This document shows, one piece after another, positions 11,201 to 24,785 of a stretch of 64,000 bases of DNA. Below the pieces are notes generated by a model. That model did not search any database. It was not told the origin of the DNA and saw only the letters and a program-made list of their open reading frames with translations. Source of the stretch: Azolla caroliniana (Eukaryota > Plantae > Polypodiophyta); NCBI GenBank assembly GCA_043228905.1, contig JBHGNT010000011.1:5766001-5830000 (forward strand), in the 5' to 3' direction. Each line of letters opens with the position of its first letter. Within the stretch, counting starts at the first letter, position 1. The position numbers were made by a program, and so were the translations under genes.

Positions 11201-11790
11201 TCATGAGGAGTAATCAAAGGTGTTCCCCAGGAAAGGAGCACTTGGCCTTGTCCATTTTAAAAGCTCACTTGAAACATAGGTTACATTTGTTGTTTTCCCA
11301 CTCGTCATCTTCTTCATTCCCTTGTTGACATAATCAATATCGATACATGTATTGCATGGTATTTCAATGTTCTCAACCATAGGAGCCACACGTTCATGCA
11401 TATATAGCCTTTGTACATTTTCTAGCATTTCTTCATTCGTAAAGTGACCTTTCACATCTTCTTTCTTGCCCTTGAGAGTGTCCTCATGCTCAATTTGGTT
11501 TGAGCTTAAACAAGTTTTTCTTTTCCATATCTTGCATTTGGAAATATCTTCTATTCTTTCTCCTCACTACCTATTTTCCCTTTTATAGACTTAAACCATA
11601 TGAGATACACCGTACATTCATCATCGAACCAAGATTTACATGGAAAATTAGACATCTTATGCCCACCAACATCCCTCTTAAATATTGATATCCAACCTTT
11701 AAAATGATATCCTTCAAATGTTGCCAATTTTCTTTAACATCGTTGCTTAGAGAAAAATTTAACAAATGGTTCTCCACTATGTGCAACTAT
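11201..11790 (-). pseudogene. Degraded non-LTR retrotransposon (LINE) ORF2 fragment
   Basis: KGMKKMTSGKTTNVTYVSSELLKW resembles the pre-RT motif K.MK.GKAPGPDG...ELLK; VKENWQHLKDII resembles the post-endonuclease linker. Confidence 0.5.
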
Positions 11791-12666
11791 GTGCCTAGCA
11801 ATGAATTAAGGTTTTTTGGTAGACAATAATCTTGTTTTCCCTTTTAAACGAAAGGTATGTAAGCATCTAGAGAAGAGTATGTGAATAAGCACAAATAGCT
11901 ATCGAAGTTGTGGCTAAGAAAGAAGTTGTCAATAAACGGATGGTCTTGGTAGAATAAATATGTCTTATTCCATTTTCTTCTAAACCCAATATTCTGAAGT
12001 GAGCAAGGCATACGAGTTCGTGGTTAATACCAAACTTTTGTTTGAAAACGATGAATATAAGAAACGCAACCGTTGACTAATCCAAAATAGAGATGATGTG
12101 ACTAAATTGCACAATTGTTAAAGAGATATGGACACTTCAATAGACTAATCATGCTATATAGAATTAGATGGCCTTAGGAAGGATACACGTTCTCTATTTT
12201 ATATTAGTGACTCATGGTGGGGTCCTACCAAACTTTTGTTTTAAACGATGAATATTGGAAACCCAATTGTGGGCTGATTCAAAACACCGACTCTGTGATG
12301 AAATTGAGGAATTGTTAAAGAGATATGGACACTCCAGCCTCACGAAGGATACATGTTCTCTACTTTATACTTGTGACTCATGGTGGGGGTGCTACCAAAA
12401 ACAGAGAAAGAAGAGAAAAGAAAAAAGGGATACAAACATTAGGCCTTTACATACAATGGAAAAGGTAAGGGGGGCCACATACATTACCATGGCCCATAAC
12501 CATGTAGGATGACACCTGGAACCATGTTGTTGGTCTACAACCTAAATGGTCTTTGGGTAGACCAAATAAAAGATGTCTTGTTTTCCTTCCCCTTTATGTT
12601 CTATAAAGAATGGAGAGGGGAGTATGGTCATTGGCACCATGTGTGTTGTGTAGAAGAAAAGATCAT

Positions 12667-14293
12667 ATGATGGAGGCTCTCCATCACTCGATTCTCGTTC
12701 TCACCATTCTTCTTCTTGTCTTACAAACATTGACGAATCGAGCCGATGCGTATGAGAATTTCACGGTCGGGGACACCCAAGGTTGGAGGCCTCGGCCCGT
12801 AGAGAACTACACCACTTGGGCCGAGGGAAAGAATTTCACCCTTGGAGATTACCTCAGTTAAGTCCACATTTTATGTTACATAAATGTGTGCATTCATTTT
12901 TATATGATGGGATCCCCTCATTATTTATACCTATGAACCCTTTTTAATTTGGGTCTCTCTCCATTGATTTTTGATATGGCTATGGAATCCTTCAAATGTT
13001 CAGTTTTTGGTCCTCTGGTTTTGTATAGCATCACAGATCTCTCCATTTATTCCTCCCCCTATATGAACAAAAAACAAGTAAATCATTTTCGCGAGATTAG
13101 CAGTGTATCTCTGCATTAAACAATATGCGCGGAAACACTTTAATAAGAGAAATTCCCCCGGCATATACCCGCAATTCCCGAGAAATATGCCGCTAGAAAT
13201 GGTCGATTACTAGGTCTAATGCCGAAAATGGTAAGCAAAAAAAATTTTAATCCATGAACCGGATTGCTCAATTATCTCTATATGTATGATCTACTTTACT
13301 ACATGCCACTTGTGGAATGTGGGAGTTAGAAACTGCATGAATGACCTTTGATCGTCTCCTCCGGTGATCGATTCAATCTCTCTCGAATGCTCATGTCGCA
13401 CCATATTTGACTTCCTACGACAATAACACTAAAAATCCATCTCTCTACCCTTTTCAATGTTTAGAGTTTCTCCATGGTCTCTTTGCAATTTCTAGACAAG
13501 AAGAAGTCTTCGAAATTGAGAAATCGGAGATAGATAGATAGATCTATGAGAATCTCGGGAGAACCAGAGGGATATTTCAGGGGAAGTTGTGGACATCTTA
13601 TAGGCCAATTTTGATGAATTCCCTTTTTAACTGTTAGTCATGATTCACAAACTATGTGGGTTTGTAAATACTTCCTTAAAACTAATAGTGCCCAAAAATA
13701 TATATGCAGTTTGGTTCTCGTTGGTTCATTCATTGTTTTGAGAAGCCTAATTCGGAAAAATAGTGGAGGCTTTCGGAAACCAGCATTTCTTCATTTCCAT
13801 AATAATCTAATTTGAAACCTAGATCTAGCTTCTAACCCTGATTGATCTCATTGCAGTCTTCAATTATGCGACGGATTACGATGTGATCCTCACCTACAAT
13901 TTCACCAAATACGACCAGTGCGACTATTTCAATGCAAGTGATGATGATTTCCAAGTATGGAGTGAAGCGGGTGTGTCGACATTATCCGAGATTCCATTAG
14001 TGCAAACTGGGCCTACCTATTTCTTTTGCAGTACCAACAACAGTATATTTTGTTTGGAAGATGGTATGAAACTCGCCATCAATGTCACACAAGGTGAAGG
14101 TTTGCCCCCTAGTTTACAAACACCTCCTCCCTCGGCCCCAAGTCCAAACCCTAGCTCGCCGTCCCCACCCAGCCCCCCTAGCAATTATGGAATCAAAAAC
14201 AGCTTCGCATCGTGCTTGAATATACACAATGAACTAGCATATGGTGTAGTGGCACTCATCTCATGTCTCATCCTTCTGCCTCTTGCATTATAG
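12667..14293 (+). CDS. Early nodulin-like phytocyanin (ENODL18-like), predicted secreted and GPI-anchored; exons 12667-12856 and 13857-14293 (alternative ATG at 12610)
   Basis: Signal peptide, NFTVGDTQGW...NYTTWAEGKNFTLGDYL|IFNY, TYFFCS...C...GMKLAINV, Pro/Ser-rich linker, hydrophobic C-terminal tail; GT-AG intron 12857-13856 restores the frame. Confidence 0.92.
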
Positions 14294-15567
14294 TCAATGG
14301 GCATGAGTAAACAAAACTCTTAGTCTCACAAACCCATGCCTAAATTATTGTACAAAACCTTTGCGAAGTTTGAATACCATTTGTCCATTTTGAGTTATTA
14401 GCCAATACAACAAAAAACTTAACTCATGAGTCATGCAAAGTTCTTTTCCAAACTGAGTAGAAGTTTGGATCCTAAGCAATCTTCATAGAGCTGAGTACAT
14501 TGGCTATAAATTGCTGATGAAAATGGTAAAAAATATGTAACTCATTGCATGTACATTGTACATCTATGACCATTGACAACACACCAATGATTTATGGCAA
14601 AGAAATGAACAATTGCATGTACGTTGTGTGATTGGGCCTAACAATAGAGTTAAAGCTTTTTTTGTTCAAAAGAATTAAGCCACTGTTTGATCAAGTTCAA
14701 AAGTTTAACTGAATGATAGTATAACATACCATAGCTAGTTTTGATATTAAGATCCACATACCGGTCATTAGAGCACTTAACTACCTTTAGAGATTATTTG
14801 GAGTAATGCTAAGTGATCTGAAGGATTCTTTACCAAAAGAATTAACTTGGTGTTTACTCAAAAGTAACGTGACATCTAGAGGAAACGAAATCTCTCCGAG
14901 AACTATGAAAAGCACGGTGTTTGGAATATATATTGGGCCCAAAATACAAAAAGTTCGCTTCCATCAAAAGAAGAGAAAACCTAAGGAGATCATAGATCAC
15001 CTGTTTCTATGAGCCTTATTAGTATATCTCTCTTGCTGCTTAGAACACAATTCAAGAGAAAATTGATAGTACTATACCAAAGAGGACACAATTAACAATG
15101 ATATGTGGTCTCATTCATGTATAGTACACACAAGTATTGTTTTCATATGATTCAATGTCTTCCTTATAACAAAGCCTTGTAAAGGTCCGACAATGTTGGC
15201 CTCAATGATTATTGATATACATGGATAAGTATACTAACTTGTGTTGCAACTTGTTGGGAGGGAGTACCAAAATGCTACCAGTTTCTACTTCAACACATCC
15301 ACATATATAGCGCATCCAATTTAATCTCTGTGTGCAACGAACCCCCTCATGAAAGGATATTTCCTCTTTCATGCGCACATCAGGCATCACGCGTGTATAT
15401 GTATGATCACTTCAGATGAGTCAATGAGGCAATCACAACTCTCACGAATCTTACTCGTATTAATGCCATAGGCAATAACTGAAGAGATTTTTCTTCATTG
15501 TGTCTCCGTAACTTGCCCATCGGACAAAAGAGAAAAATAAGTGTCAGAAAAATAAGCTAAAGAATCA

Positions 15568-18500
15568 TCATTGGAACACACGTTCAAACGCCAGTTTCCC
15601 AAACTCCAAATTTCCCACCATTGCAGAAGCGCTTAACACAGGTTGCCAAATCGTGGCGTCCTTGTCATTATTCAATGGTATCTTCTTAACCATTGCGAAA
15701 GCCTCACCTAGTCGACCCATACGGCTGAGAAGATCAATCATGCAAGTGTGGTGCTCTAATGCTGGGACAATGCCATACATTTTACTCATGCTCTCAAAGT
15801 ATGTCTGGGTCTTTTGGAATAGACCTTGTCGACTACACGCACTAAGAACCACCACGAAGGATATCGGATCTGGTCGAATGCCTTCTTCCAGCATCATCTC
15901 AAAGATTTGGAAAACATTCTCACTCTCTCCATGATGCACATACCCGGCCATTAGTGTTGTCCATGATACTACATTGCGGACATGAAGCTTGCCAAATACT
16001 TGTTGAGCTTTTCCAAGGGCGCCACATTTTGCGTACATGTCAACCAATGTGTTCCCAACAACAAGATCATCTACCAAAAATCCATGCCTCTCAATCTCAG
16101 CATGCACTTCTTCACCCTTATCTAAGGCACCCATCATGCCACAAGCCTTTAACCCACATATGTATGTGAGCGCATCTGCGAAAACCCCCTCAAACTGCAT
16201 TTGTTCAAAGCATTTCAGTGCTTCTTTACCATGCCCAGCTTGAACATATCCTGATATCAATGCAGTCCATGCAGCTATGTCTCGGCTTGGAAGGATGTCA
16301 AATACCTCCTGGGCAGCCGACAGGAAGCCGTGTTTGGCATACATATCAACCAATGTGTTCCCCACAACGGGGTCTTTTTCTAATAATGCCTGCTTCTTTA
16401 TCTCTGTATGTATCTCCTTGACCTTGTCCATAGCTCCTGTATACCCACAAGCTTTCAAGCTACAAGCAAGTGTAATAGCATTTGGGGACACACCCTCATG
16501 TTGCATCAGTTCAAAAAGCTCGAGAGCTTTCTTATTGTAGCCTTGTTCAGTGTATCCCGCAATTAGCATAGTCCATGACACCACATCTTGGATTTTGAGC
16601 TTAGCAAAGACTTTTCCTGCCATGTCAAATAACCCACATTTAATGTAGGTATCCACAAGGGTATTGCTGACAATGGGATCCCTAACCAACCCTTGCCTTT
16701 CAATCTCATCATACAGTTCCTGAACGTTTTCCAGGGCTCCTATGCTACCACAAGCTTTCAAGCAGCAAATCAGCGTGATAGCATCTGGACAAACCCCTTT
16801 CCATTGCATCTCCTTAAAACATTTCAAAGCATCCTCATGGAATCCATGATCAGTGTATCCTGCAATGAGTGCATTCCAAGGGACTACATCTTGGACTGGA
16901 ATCTTATTGAAAATTTCTTTTGCCTTTCCAAGCATGCCACATTTAGCATACATGTCAACCAAGGCACTACCAAACAAACTATTTGTTTCTAGCAAGCCCT
17001 GTCTTCTAATTTCATCATGTAGATCTTTACCCTTATCTATGTCTCCTACGCTACCACAAGCCTTCAAGCTGCATAGAAGCGTTACAGCATTCGGAGACAC
17101 ACCCATGACCTGCATTTGTTCTAAACACTTCAGTGCTTCTTTACCGTATCCATGCTCTGCATATCCTCCAATCAGTGCATTCCACAAGACTACATCTTTA
17201 ATTAGAATTCCATCAAATAATTTATGTGCTTTTTCAAGAGACCCACATTTGACATACATATCTAACAAGCTGCTGCCAATAAATAAGTTTGACTTCAACA
17301 AACTCTGGCTTTCAATTTCAGCATGTAATTCACAGCCCTTCTCTAGTGACCCTATAATTCCACAAGCTTTCAAGCTGTAAACATATGTGATAGCATTCGG
17401 GGATACTCTTTCAACTTTCATTTCTTCAAAAAAGTTTAGCGCTTCTTTACCATACCCATGTTCTACATGCCCTCCAATGATTGTGGTCCATGTGACAACA
17501 TTCCGAATCGGAAGATTATCAAACACATCTCGGGCATTCGGAAGCAAGCCACACTTTGCATACATTTCAACCAATACAGCCCCCACAAAAATATTTGTTT
17601 CCAGCAATCGATATCGATGGATCTCACCATGAATTTCTACGCCTTTTCTTGCATTTCTTGTACTGCCACAGGCTTTTAGAACTGAAACAAATGTGACAAT
17701 ATTAGGGGAGACACCCTGACCTTGCATCTTCACAAAACATTTCAGTGCCTTCTCACCACATCCACATTTAACATAGCCCGAAATTAATGCATTCCATGCA
17801 ACAACGTCTTTACTTGGAAACTTATCAAACATTTCCTGTGCCTTTGTAAGCAATCCACACTTCAGATACATGTCCACCAAAGCACTCCTTAACACAACAT
17901 ACTTCTCCACAACTCCCTGCCTTTCAAGGTCAGCATGTATTTCTATTCCCTTGTATATAGATCCTAAGACAACACACGCTTTCAAGGTGCAAAGGAATGT
18001 GACGTGATCAGGAAGAACACCTTCGAGTTGCATTTGCTCAAAGCAACATAGTGCGTCCTTACCACGCCTATGTTCGGCATATCCTCCTATCAAAGTCGTC
18101 CAAGACACAACATCTCGAATTGGAAGTTCATCAAACACTCCCTGTGCTTTAGAAATTGAGCCACATTTAGTATACATATCGACCAAAGCACTGCCAACAA
18201 AATGGCTAGTCTTGAGCAACCCAGCTCTATCAACAATCCTATGTAATTGGCTTCCTATTCCAATTTCTTTAAACTTGGCACATGCATTAAGCAACACCAA
18301 GGTAGTGGACTCCGTAGGATTATCCTTGAACAATTTCTCATACATTGCATAGGCAAGTTCTATCTTGCCAGATTTGATGTACTCAAATATGAGGGCACTC
18401 GAAGAACCCTCATTGTCAAATATGGATCTGTGGAAACCAAGATGAACACCATCCACTCTATCATGGATACAAAGAAGATGATTCTGCAATGAAATCGCAT

Positions 18501-18684
18501 AAACATCAATCCCTGTTTTGTGCATGTAGGCGTGCACCCTCAACAAGTTTGATGATGAATATCTTTCTTTGTTGCATACATACAAGATGTGTGCAATACT
18601 CTCGAAAGATGATCGGAGCCGCAGAGAACCTTCCCTTATACTCAGTATCCTTGCAACATCACTCCCTTTCCATGAACCGATCAT
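15568..18684 (-). CDS. PLS-class pentatricopeptide repeat protein with a partial E domain and no DYW (organellar RNA-editing factor type)
   Basis: Uninterrupted ORF of more than 1000 aa with eight LVDMY.KCG-type repeats in ~102-aa triplets, then HHTCMIDLLSRMG and WQPVLSAS. First ATG at 18684; an upstream exon is possible. Confidence 0.93.
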   Translation of the reverse strand: MIGSWKGSDVARILSIREGSLRLRSSFESIAHILYVCNKERYSSSNLLRVHAYMHKTGIDVYAISLQNHLLCIHDRVDGVHLGFHRSIFDNEGSSSALIFEYIKSGKIELAYAMYEKLFKDNPTESTTLVLLNACAKFKEIGIGSQLHRIVDRAGLLKTSHFVGSALVDMYTKCGSISKAQGVFDELPIRDVVSWTTLIGGYAEHRRGKDALCCFEQMQLEGVLPDHVTFLCTLKACVVLGSIYKGIEIHADLERQGVVEKYVVLRSALVDMYLKCGLLTKAQEMFDKFPSKDVVAWNALISGYVKCGCGEKALKCFVKMQGQGVSPNIVTFVSVLKACGSTRNARKGVEIHGEIHRYRLLETNIFVGAVLVEMYAKCGLLPNARDVFDNLPIRNVVTWTTIIGGHVEHGYGKEALNFFEEMKVERVSPNAITYVYSLKACGIIGSLEKGCELHAEIESQSLLKSNLFIGSSLLDMYVKCGSLEKAHKLFDGILIKDVVLWNALIGGYAEHGYGKEALKCLEQMQVMGVSPNAVTLLCSLKACGSVGDIDKGKDLHDEIRRQGLLETNSLFGSALVDMYAKCGMLGKAKEIFNKIPVQDVVPWNALIAGYTDHGFHEDALKCFKEMQWKGVCPDAITLICCLKACGSIGALENVQELYDEIERQGLVRDPIVSNTLVDTYIKCGLFDMAGKVFAKLKIQDVVSWTMLIAGYTEQGYNKKALELFELMQHEGVSPNAITLACSLKACGYTGAMDKVKEIHTEIKKQALLEKDPVVGNTLVDMYAKHGFLSAAQEVFDILPSRDIAAWTALISGYVQAGHGKEALKCFEQMQFEGVFADALTYICGLKACGMMGALDKGEEVHAEIERHGFLVDDLVVGNTLVDMYAKCGALGKAQQVFGKLHVRNVVSWTTLMAGYVHHGESENVFQIFEMMLEEGIRPDPISFVVVLSACSRQGLFQKTQTYFESMSKMYGIVPALEHHTCMIDLLSRMGRLGEAFAMVKKIPLNNDKDATIWQPVLSASAMVGNLEFGKLAFERVFQ

Positions 18685-21040
18685 ATCAATAAGATGACCT
18701 TGAAAGTATGTATTATTGATAGAAGCCAATTCCCAAAATCAACAGTATCCTTGAACTCATTGACTTCCTCACTGTAAGTTTGACTATGGACCCATCAAAT
18801 CAAGTTAATACATTTTACATAAGGAAATGCCACAGATTTCCATTAAACGTGAATCATTAGTATCCCTTTGCTGCAACTATTGGATGACTTTCATGAGTTT
18901 TCCAATGGAGCGAGTATATCATCAAGAAAAAAAACCTAAATCAAGCATTTATTGCAAGAAAATGCCACAAATATACATTGAATATGGGTTCATTAGTATC
19001 CCTTTGCACCCATAGAATGTCCTTCATGTGTTAAGCGATGGACTTATTGTATCAACAAGAAAAAATGAATAAAAACCTAAGAAAATGCCACAATTTTCCT
19101 TACAACCAATGATTAGTATTTATTTGTACCCGTGGAATGTCTTACATTGTTTAATCAATAGGCTTTACAAGGTATGCATTACAAGGAATCAGATGCTGAA
19201 AAATACATTAAATGTAAAACCCTCACAATAACGGCTCCATGAATCCCTTCCCTGAGTGGATCATTCGGATCGACACAAGCAACCTTGAAATTATGAATTA
19301 CAAACTGGGAAATTCGACAAACCTTCAATGCAGTTTTTTAACACCAATGATGCCTTTTCATGAGTTAATGGAAGGATGAACCGATAAGATTAAAGCCAGT
19401 ATCGGACAATAGAGAAATGCAACATATCTTTGGTTTTTTTCAAGCTGCAGTTCAAAAAATTTCGATTGGGGCTTCTTGAGCTCTCAGGCCTCTGGACTTT
19501 TCTGACAAAGAAGCTCTCTGAGTCTCTATGTTGTTCTCTCTCGGAGGACCCAGTTACTTCGTTTTCAGGAAAACCCAAGCATACCCCACCCCTCACTTCT
19601 TCATGGAATTCTTCAAAAACAATACCCCACCTCCCCATCCCTAATTTCCCCTTTCCATAACCTCAACAAAATCGATAACATGATCACTTACAAGTATTCG
19701 AAGAAATTGATGGCATTTACACTTAGATAGATAGAGACAAGTTATCGAAGAAATTGATAGCCTTACCATTTACATACATAGAGGCAACTTGTCGAAACAT
19801 AGGGAATTGAAAAGTGTGATGGGGAAGCAAGAGCCTTGAGATTTATAACCATTCCTCATTGTAATCTTGTCTCTCCTTAGGGAAAATAATGACCAATAAT
19901 CTATACCATAACAAGATATCAGGACCGCTTTACAATACAAATAAGTTGAGTTATACAAATGGAAAAGAGTGTACGCAATAACAGCACTACAATTTTAATA
20001 GAATTATGAAAGTCTTCATAAACAATTGGATAAAATGGTGGCTCTAACCCTTAAGGCTTTATATTCAGATTAGTATAAGAAGTAAAATAAAAAACTGAAA
20101 GCAAAATTCTGATTGGTTAATGCTCTTGATATCCTTATGTTTCTAAGTCTTTCCCAAGGTGCCCTTACATCTTGTGTTCCCAAGTATTTCAGAGATAGTC
20201 ACTACAAATTCCACAAGGATAACTACCAAATGAATGAACCCACAAGTTAATAATTAAGACGAGATCAATGAACCCAAATTATCAGTTAGATTAATAATTA
20301 CTAATTGCCTAAAACTTTGGACTTGCATTACAAATTAGGGAAAACAATTGATCACTAATCACCCAACATTTCATGAGCGACTCAACTTAAATGAAAGTTT
20401 AATGCAATTGATCAAATTAAATCGAAGCAATTACTTGAAGCATAGGAAAAAACACCAGGATGCACAGGTACATTCATTTGACAACATTCAGGTAAAAATA
20501 ACAAGAAACACATATAAAGGACAATTCGGAGTTTTTCCCGAAACCTCCCATGTTTTATAAAACTAGAATGAGTTAAATACATGGAAATATATTTGAATAG
20601 ATCATTACGTCAGTTCAAATATTATAAACTACAGAGATAAAACAGGACTCCCCAAGAAATACACATCTATTTGTCTCTTGTATTTTGTGTTATAGAAATA
20701 ACACAAAAAAAAATCCAACTACTAGTAATAACTGCTATTTGATCTTTTTCTTCCACATTACATCTACCAAAAAATGCAGCCAAAACTTAACGAAAAAATA
20801 TTCTTCTTTTAGAAATGCCCTATATCCATACTCTCCATTAGGTAATGGGTGAATCATTACATTATAATCAGTAGTGTCATTGTTAAGTCCCTCCGAATAC
20901 ATTGACTTGCACATGCATTGAGATTTTGCTGCTGTGGGTTAATTATATTTATCAATCATCTGTCTGAAACTTAACCCATTTCCAGAAACTTGGCTCGTGC
21001 CCAGGAAAGGTACATAAGTAATGAGCTACAACTTTTCACT

Positions 21041-24000
21041 TCAATAATCTCTATCTTCTTCAATATCAGATTCTTCATCGTCGTCGTCATCATCACCATC
21101 TTCTTCTTCTTCTTCTTCGCCATCGTCATCTTTTTGGTGTACACCTTCGTATTCTTCCTCTTGTTCTTTCATTATTTCCTTACCCTTCACCGAGCTTAAC
21201 ACAACCTTCTGCCCTTTCGATTCTTCAATGTCTTTCCGAAGCCGAGCCAAGTTCTCCTGCCTCTGAGTTTCTTCCTTCCGCTCTTTCTCCAATCTCTTCG
21301 CGTCCAGTTCTTTTCTGTAATGTCACAAAAGAAAATTGTAAGGAGAGAAATCTTCACCTAAAAAAGCAGAAAGGCAAAAGAAATAAATAAAAAAAGAGGA
21401 AAAAACCTGTATGTATCCATGTAGTCATCTGCACATGCATCAACACCTTTAAAGAAGTCATTGAGCCCAGCGCCAGTAACAGCTGACACGCCGACATTGC
21501 GCATATTCTGGTAGAACTCATCAAGAACAAGACATAAACTCCTACTCAAACTTGATGTATACGACTTCTCGCTATCTACCGCTGCTTGAAAAGCTTCAAA
21601 GTCTTTCATCCACTGCAAACCCATTTCAAAGATTCAAAACAATAGAAAGAACTACAAGGTAATAATTGCCACACATAAGTTGGCCACATACTACAAAATT
21701 TAGCCCAATCTTCTATATTTTTAGGGCTGCATAAGCTTACACATTCCCGTAACCTGTATCTTTAGTAAGACCATGAGGTTCATTACTTCTTTTTACCCCA
21801 GTCACTAATCATGAAAGTCACTGAGTAACCAAGATTGCACACATGAAGAACCAAAGCCAAACCTCATGGCAGACAAAGAATAAAAAATCCAACATCATGA
21901 AATTCAACAAATAAACAACTGAGACTAAGACTAATCCTCGCACAACCCACAATGTCAAATTGGATGAGCGAACAGTTTGTTGCATTTTATATATAATAGA
22001 ACCCACCTCAACAGCAAATTGATGTTGTGCAACGTCGATTTTATTGAACACTAGCAATAAAGGAAGGCGAGTTTTGTAGAGTATACTACACGCATACAAC
22101 ATGTTGCTCATGAATGTAACAGGATTTGTCGAACGCGGAGTGTCCACCATATAAGTAATAATTGTTGGAAAAGTGGAAGCAAATGCCTCAGTAATTATTG
22201 CACCAGAAGCTGACCATGTAAAGATTTCAATTTGTCCCGGCGTATCTACAAACACATAATCAAGCTCATTTGCTCTCTTCTCCACAAGTCCAACGACCTG
22301 AAAAAAGGAAGTTTGATACTTCAATCAGGCTAGGTAACATCAATATGCCAAAATAGCCCTAATTATTCACAAGATTCCCAAAGTACTCCATATTTTCAAA
22401 ATTCCCAAAACACACCTCAATTCCCAAACTACTTTCCGACCTACAATTTCTCTCCCTCCTTTCTCAACAATCTCTCACTACAGAATCTCTACCATTTGTA
22501 TATAGCATATAATATAGTGTCTCATATTTAGTATACAGTAATTCCACTCACTTCATCAAATTTGGTGGCAAATAGATTCAAGGATGTTAGAATGGCTCCA
22601 TTTGGACCTAGATTGTATTCCTTCATGACATTCTTGTAGTTAACAGTATCACGGATATCGATGTTGGCAGTGAATGGCAGCGACAGCACTGCAGGATCAA
22701 GATTTAGAACATATCCCTTAATGCCCAATGACTGGCTGTGAGCAACAAGGCGGTGAAGGAATGTTGTTTTCCCACTCCCTGTAAACAATAGCAAGAAAAT
22801 GTAAATATAGTACTGGCACAAACACAGACGTATATATCAAAAAATATATCGATAATCGATGTTAACTAATAGTGTCCTCATTCCATCTAAAACCCAAAGC
22901 ACCACATCATCAACCCAGAAGGTAATGAATCTTTCTGAATTCAATGAACATTAGTAATTCACAGATATCTCAAATTTAACAAGGTTTTGTTAGCTGACCG
23001 ATTTAACCAGTGCTTTTACTCAAAAATTTAACCATCTCATCATCACGGTTGTTTTTTAGAACTTCCATTTCAGAAAAGATAACGAAAAAGGTAGTTGAAA
23101 TTTACACTAAGTTCAGGTTTACATGCCATATCCTCATACAAACATGATTTGCATCCTGCAAAACTTTACGGTTCTTACTTTCGTTGCCCTTTTTGTTACC
23201 TTCATGACATTCTTTGTTTTTCTTCACCGATAAAATTATTATGACCTGATGTTGTGTACATGCATGCTCGTCAGCTGGGTGATAGCTTATTGATAACACT
23301 ATTTTCATAGACCACAACACATGAATGGACTATAAATGCATATATATTCAAACAGAACAGAAACACATAAAATAGATGAATTACAACAGAGCTATGTATA
23401 AAAATGTAACTGATTTTAAAAAGTTTAAAAAAAAAAGGTCTGATGGTTATAAAAAATTATTGCTGTTTGTTGATTATAAAATCCAAGCCATTATAGTTGC
23501 AATGTGTACTTCAAAGTGTATAACTGTTTCTGGTTGTGTCAACATTGGGTAATAATAACAGAATCCAATAACAATCAACTTAATGAATTTGTGATTCCAA
23601 GACCACTAATTTTTTATATTGAAAGTTCAACAGATTTGTATAGAACAAGTGAATTTGTTTTTTTTATCCCTTTTTCATTTGTTGTTATTGAGACCACTCT
23701 TCAGATAATTAAGCTCTCGCTCGTCGCTCTCTGGTTGTTGGCTAGGTGGTTTACACCATAGTATCAAAGTCATGGAATTGAGAGAACCCAAGTTCCATCC
23801 TCATGATTGGCTTCGCGCATCCCATGAATTGTATATGGTCTTCTGTGGACATTAATAACCTATCTGTCTATCTCTCCAGAATTTGAAACACAACTGCACT
23901 ATTGTGAAAGGTATACGAAAACCATTGGATGCTCAGAGTAGTATCTCTCTGTGGCCTATATAAATCGGCACCCATTTTAAATGGGAGATTATCGGATTAT

Positions 24001-24747
24001 CAAGGAAATTACACTTTTCCCAGACATAGAGCAATTCCATGTTATCCCATCAACATATACTCTGAAATATCCTAATTCACGCATGCACGGCAGTCATCTG
24101 CCTCAGTTTAAGTCATGCATAGCACAATTTCATTACATTTTTGAATCATCCAGATAGGTTCCACATAAAAGCAAAGCCAAGAATAAATTCACTCTGTTTT
24201 GATGATGTGAGCCACATCTGCAAAGATTTTCATTTCGGCACTCAATCTCTATCTCTCTCTGGTCCCAGGTATCATAAACAACCTCCAAAGAAGATAATAA
24301 TAACACACTGTCCATCTTTCTCTGGCCGTTAAATTGGTGATTGACACCGTACCGAACAAAAGACACAAAATTTAAAGAACCCAAGTTCAATCCTCATTAT
24401 GGGCTTGGCCCCATAGCACAGATCATATTTTGATGTATCATAAATGTTCATAATCACCAAATATACATATCTATCTTTCGTTCGTTCGTTCGTTTCCCCT
24501 CCTTTTCATTCATTCGCTCATTCATACATTCAAAGGGAAGCAACGACATACCTGCCATGCCCATAACAATGACAACAATGGGTTTCCTTCCAGAAGATTC
24601 TGCGTCTGTGTCATGATGAAGACCTTGCAGGTCACGAATGAGTTTCTTCTCTACTTCCCCTTCCCCTTCCTCAAAAGAGAGGTTCCCATCCTCTTCGCCG
24701 AGGCTCTTCTCAGACTCTGACTCTGACTCTGTCTCTGTCTCTCTCAT
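21041..24747 (-). CDS. GPN1: GPN-loop GTPase 1 (XAB1/QQT2 orthologue), 397 aa; exons 24747-24552, 22778-22552, 22297-22007, 21612-21407, 21314-21041
   Basis: GMAGSGKTT P-loop across exons 1/2, [35 protein letters not shown], acidic tail; all introns GT-AG, exon sum 1194 nt in frame. Confidence 0.96.
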
Positions 24748-24785
24748 TCCTTTGCTTTGTTTCTGCTTTGGCTCCAGGGGTTTAG

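Noticed and set aside
15653-17680. Long antisense ORFs over the PPR, TML and retrotransposon genes
   Set aside because: Shadows of sense-strand codon bias; no recognisable motifs.
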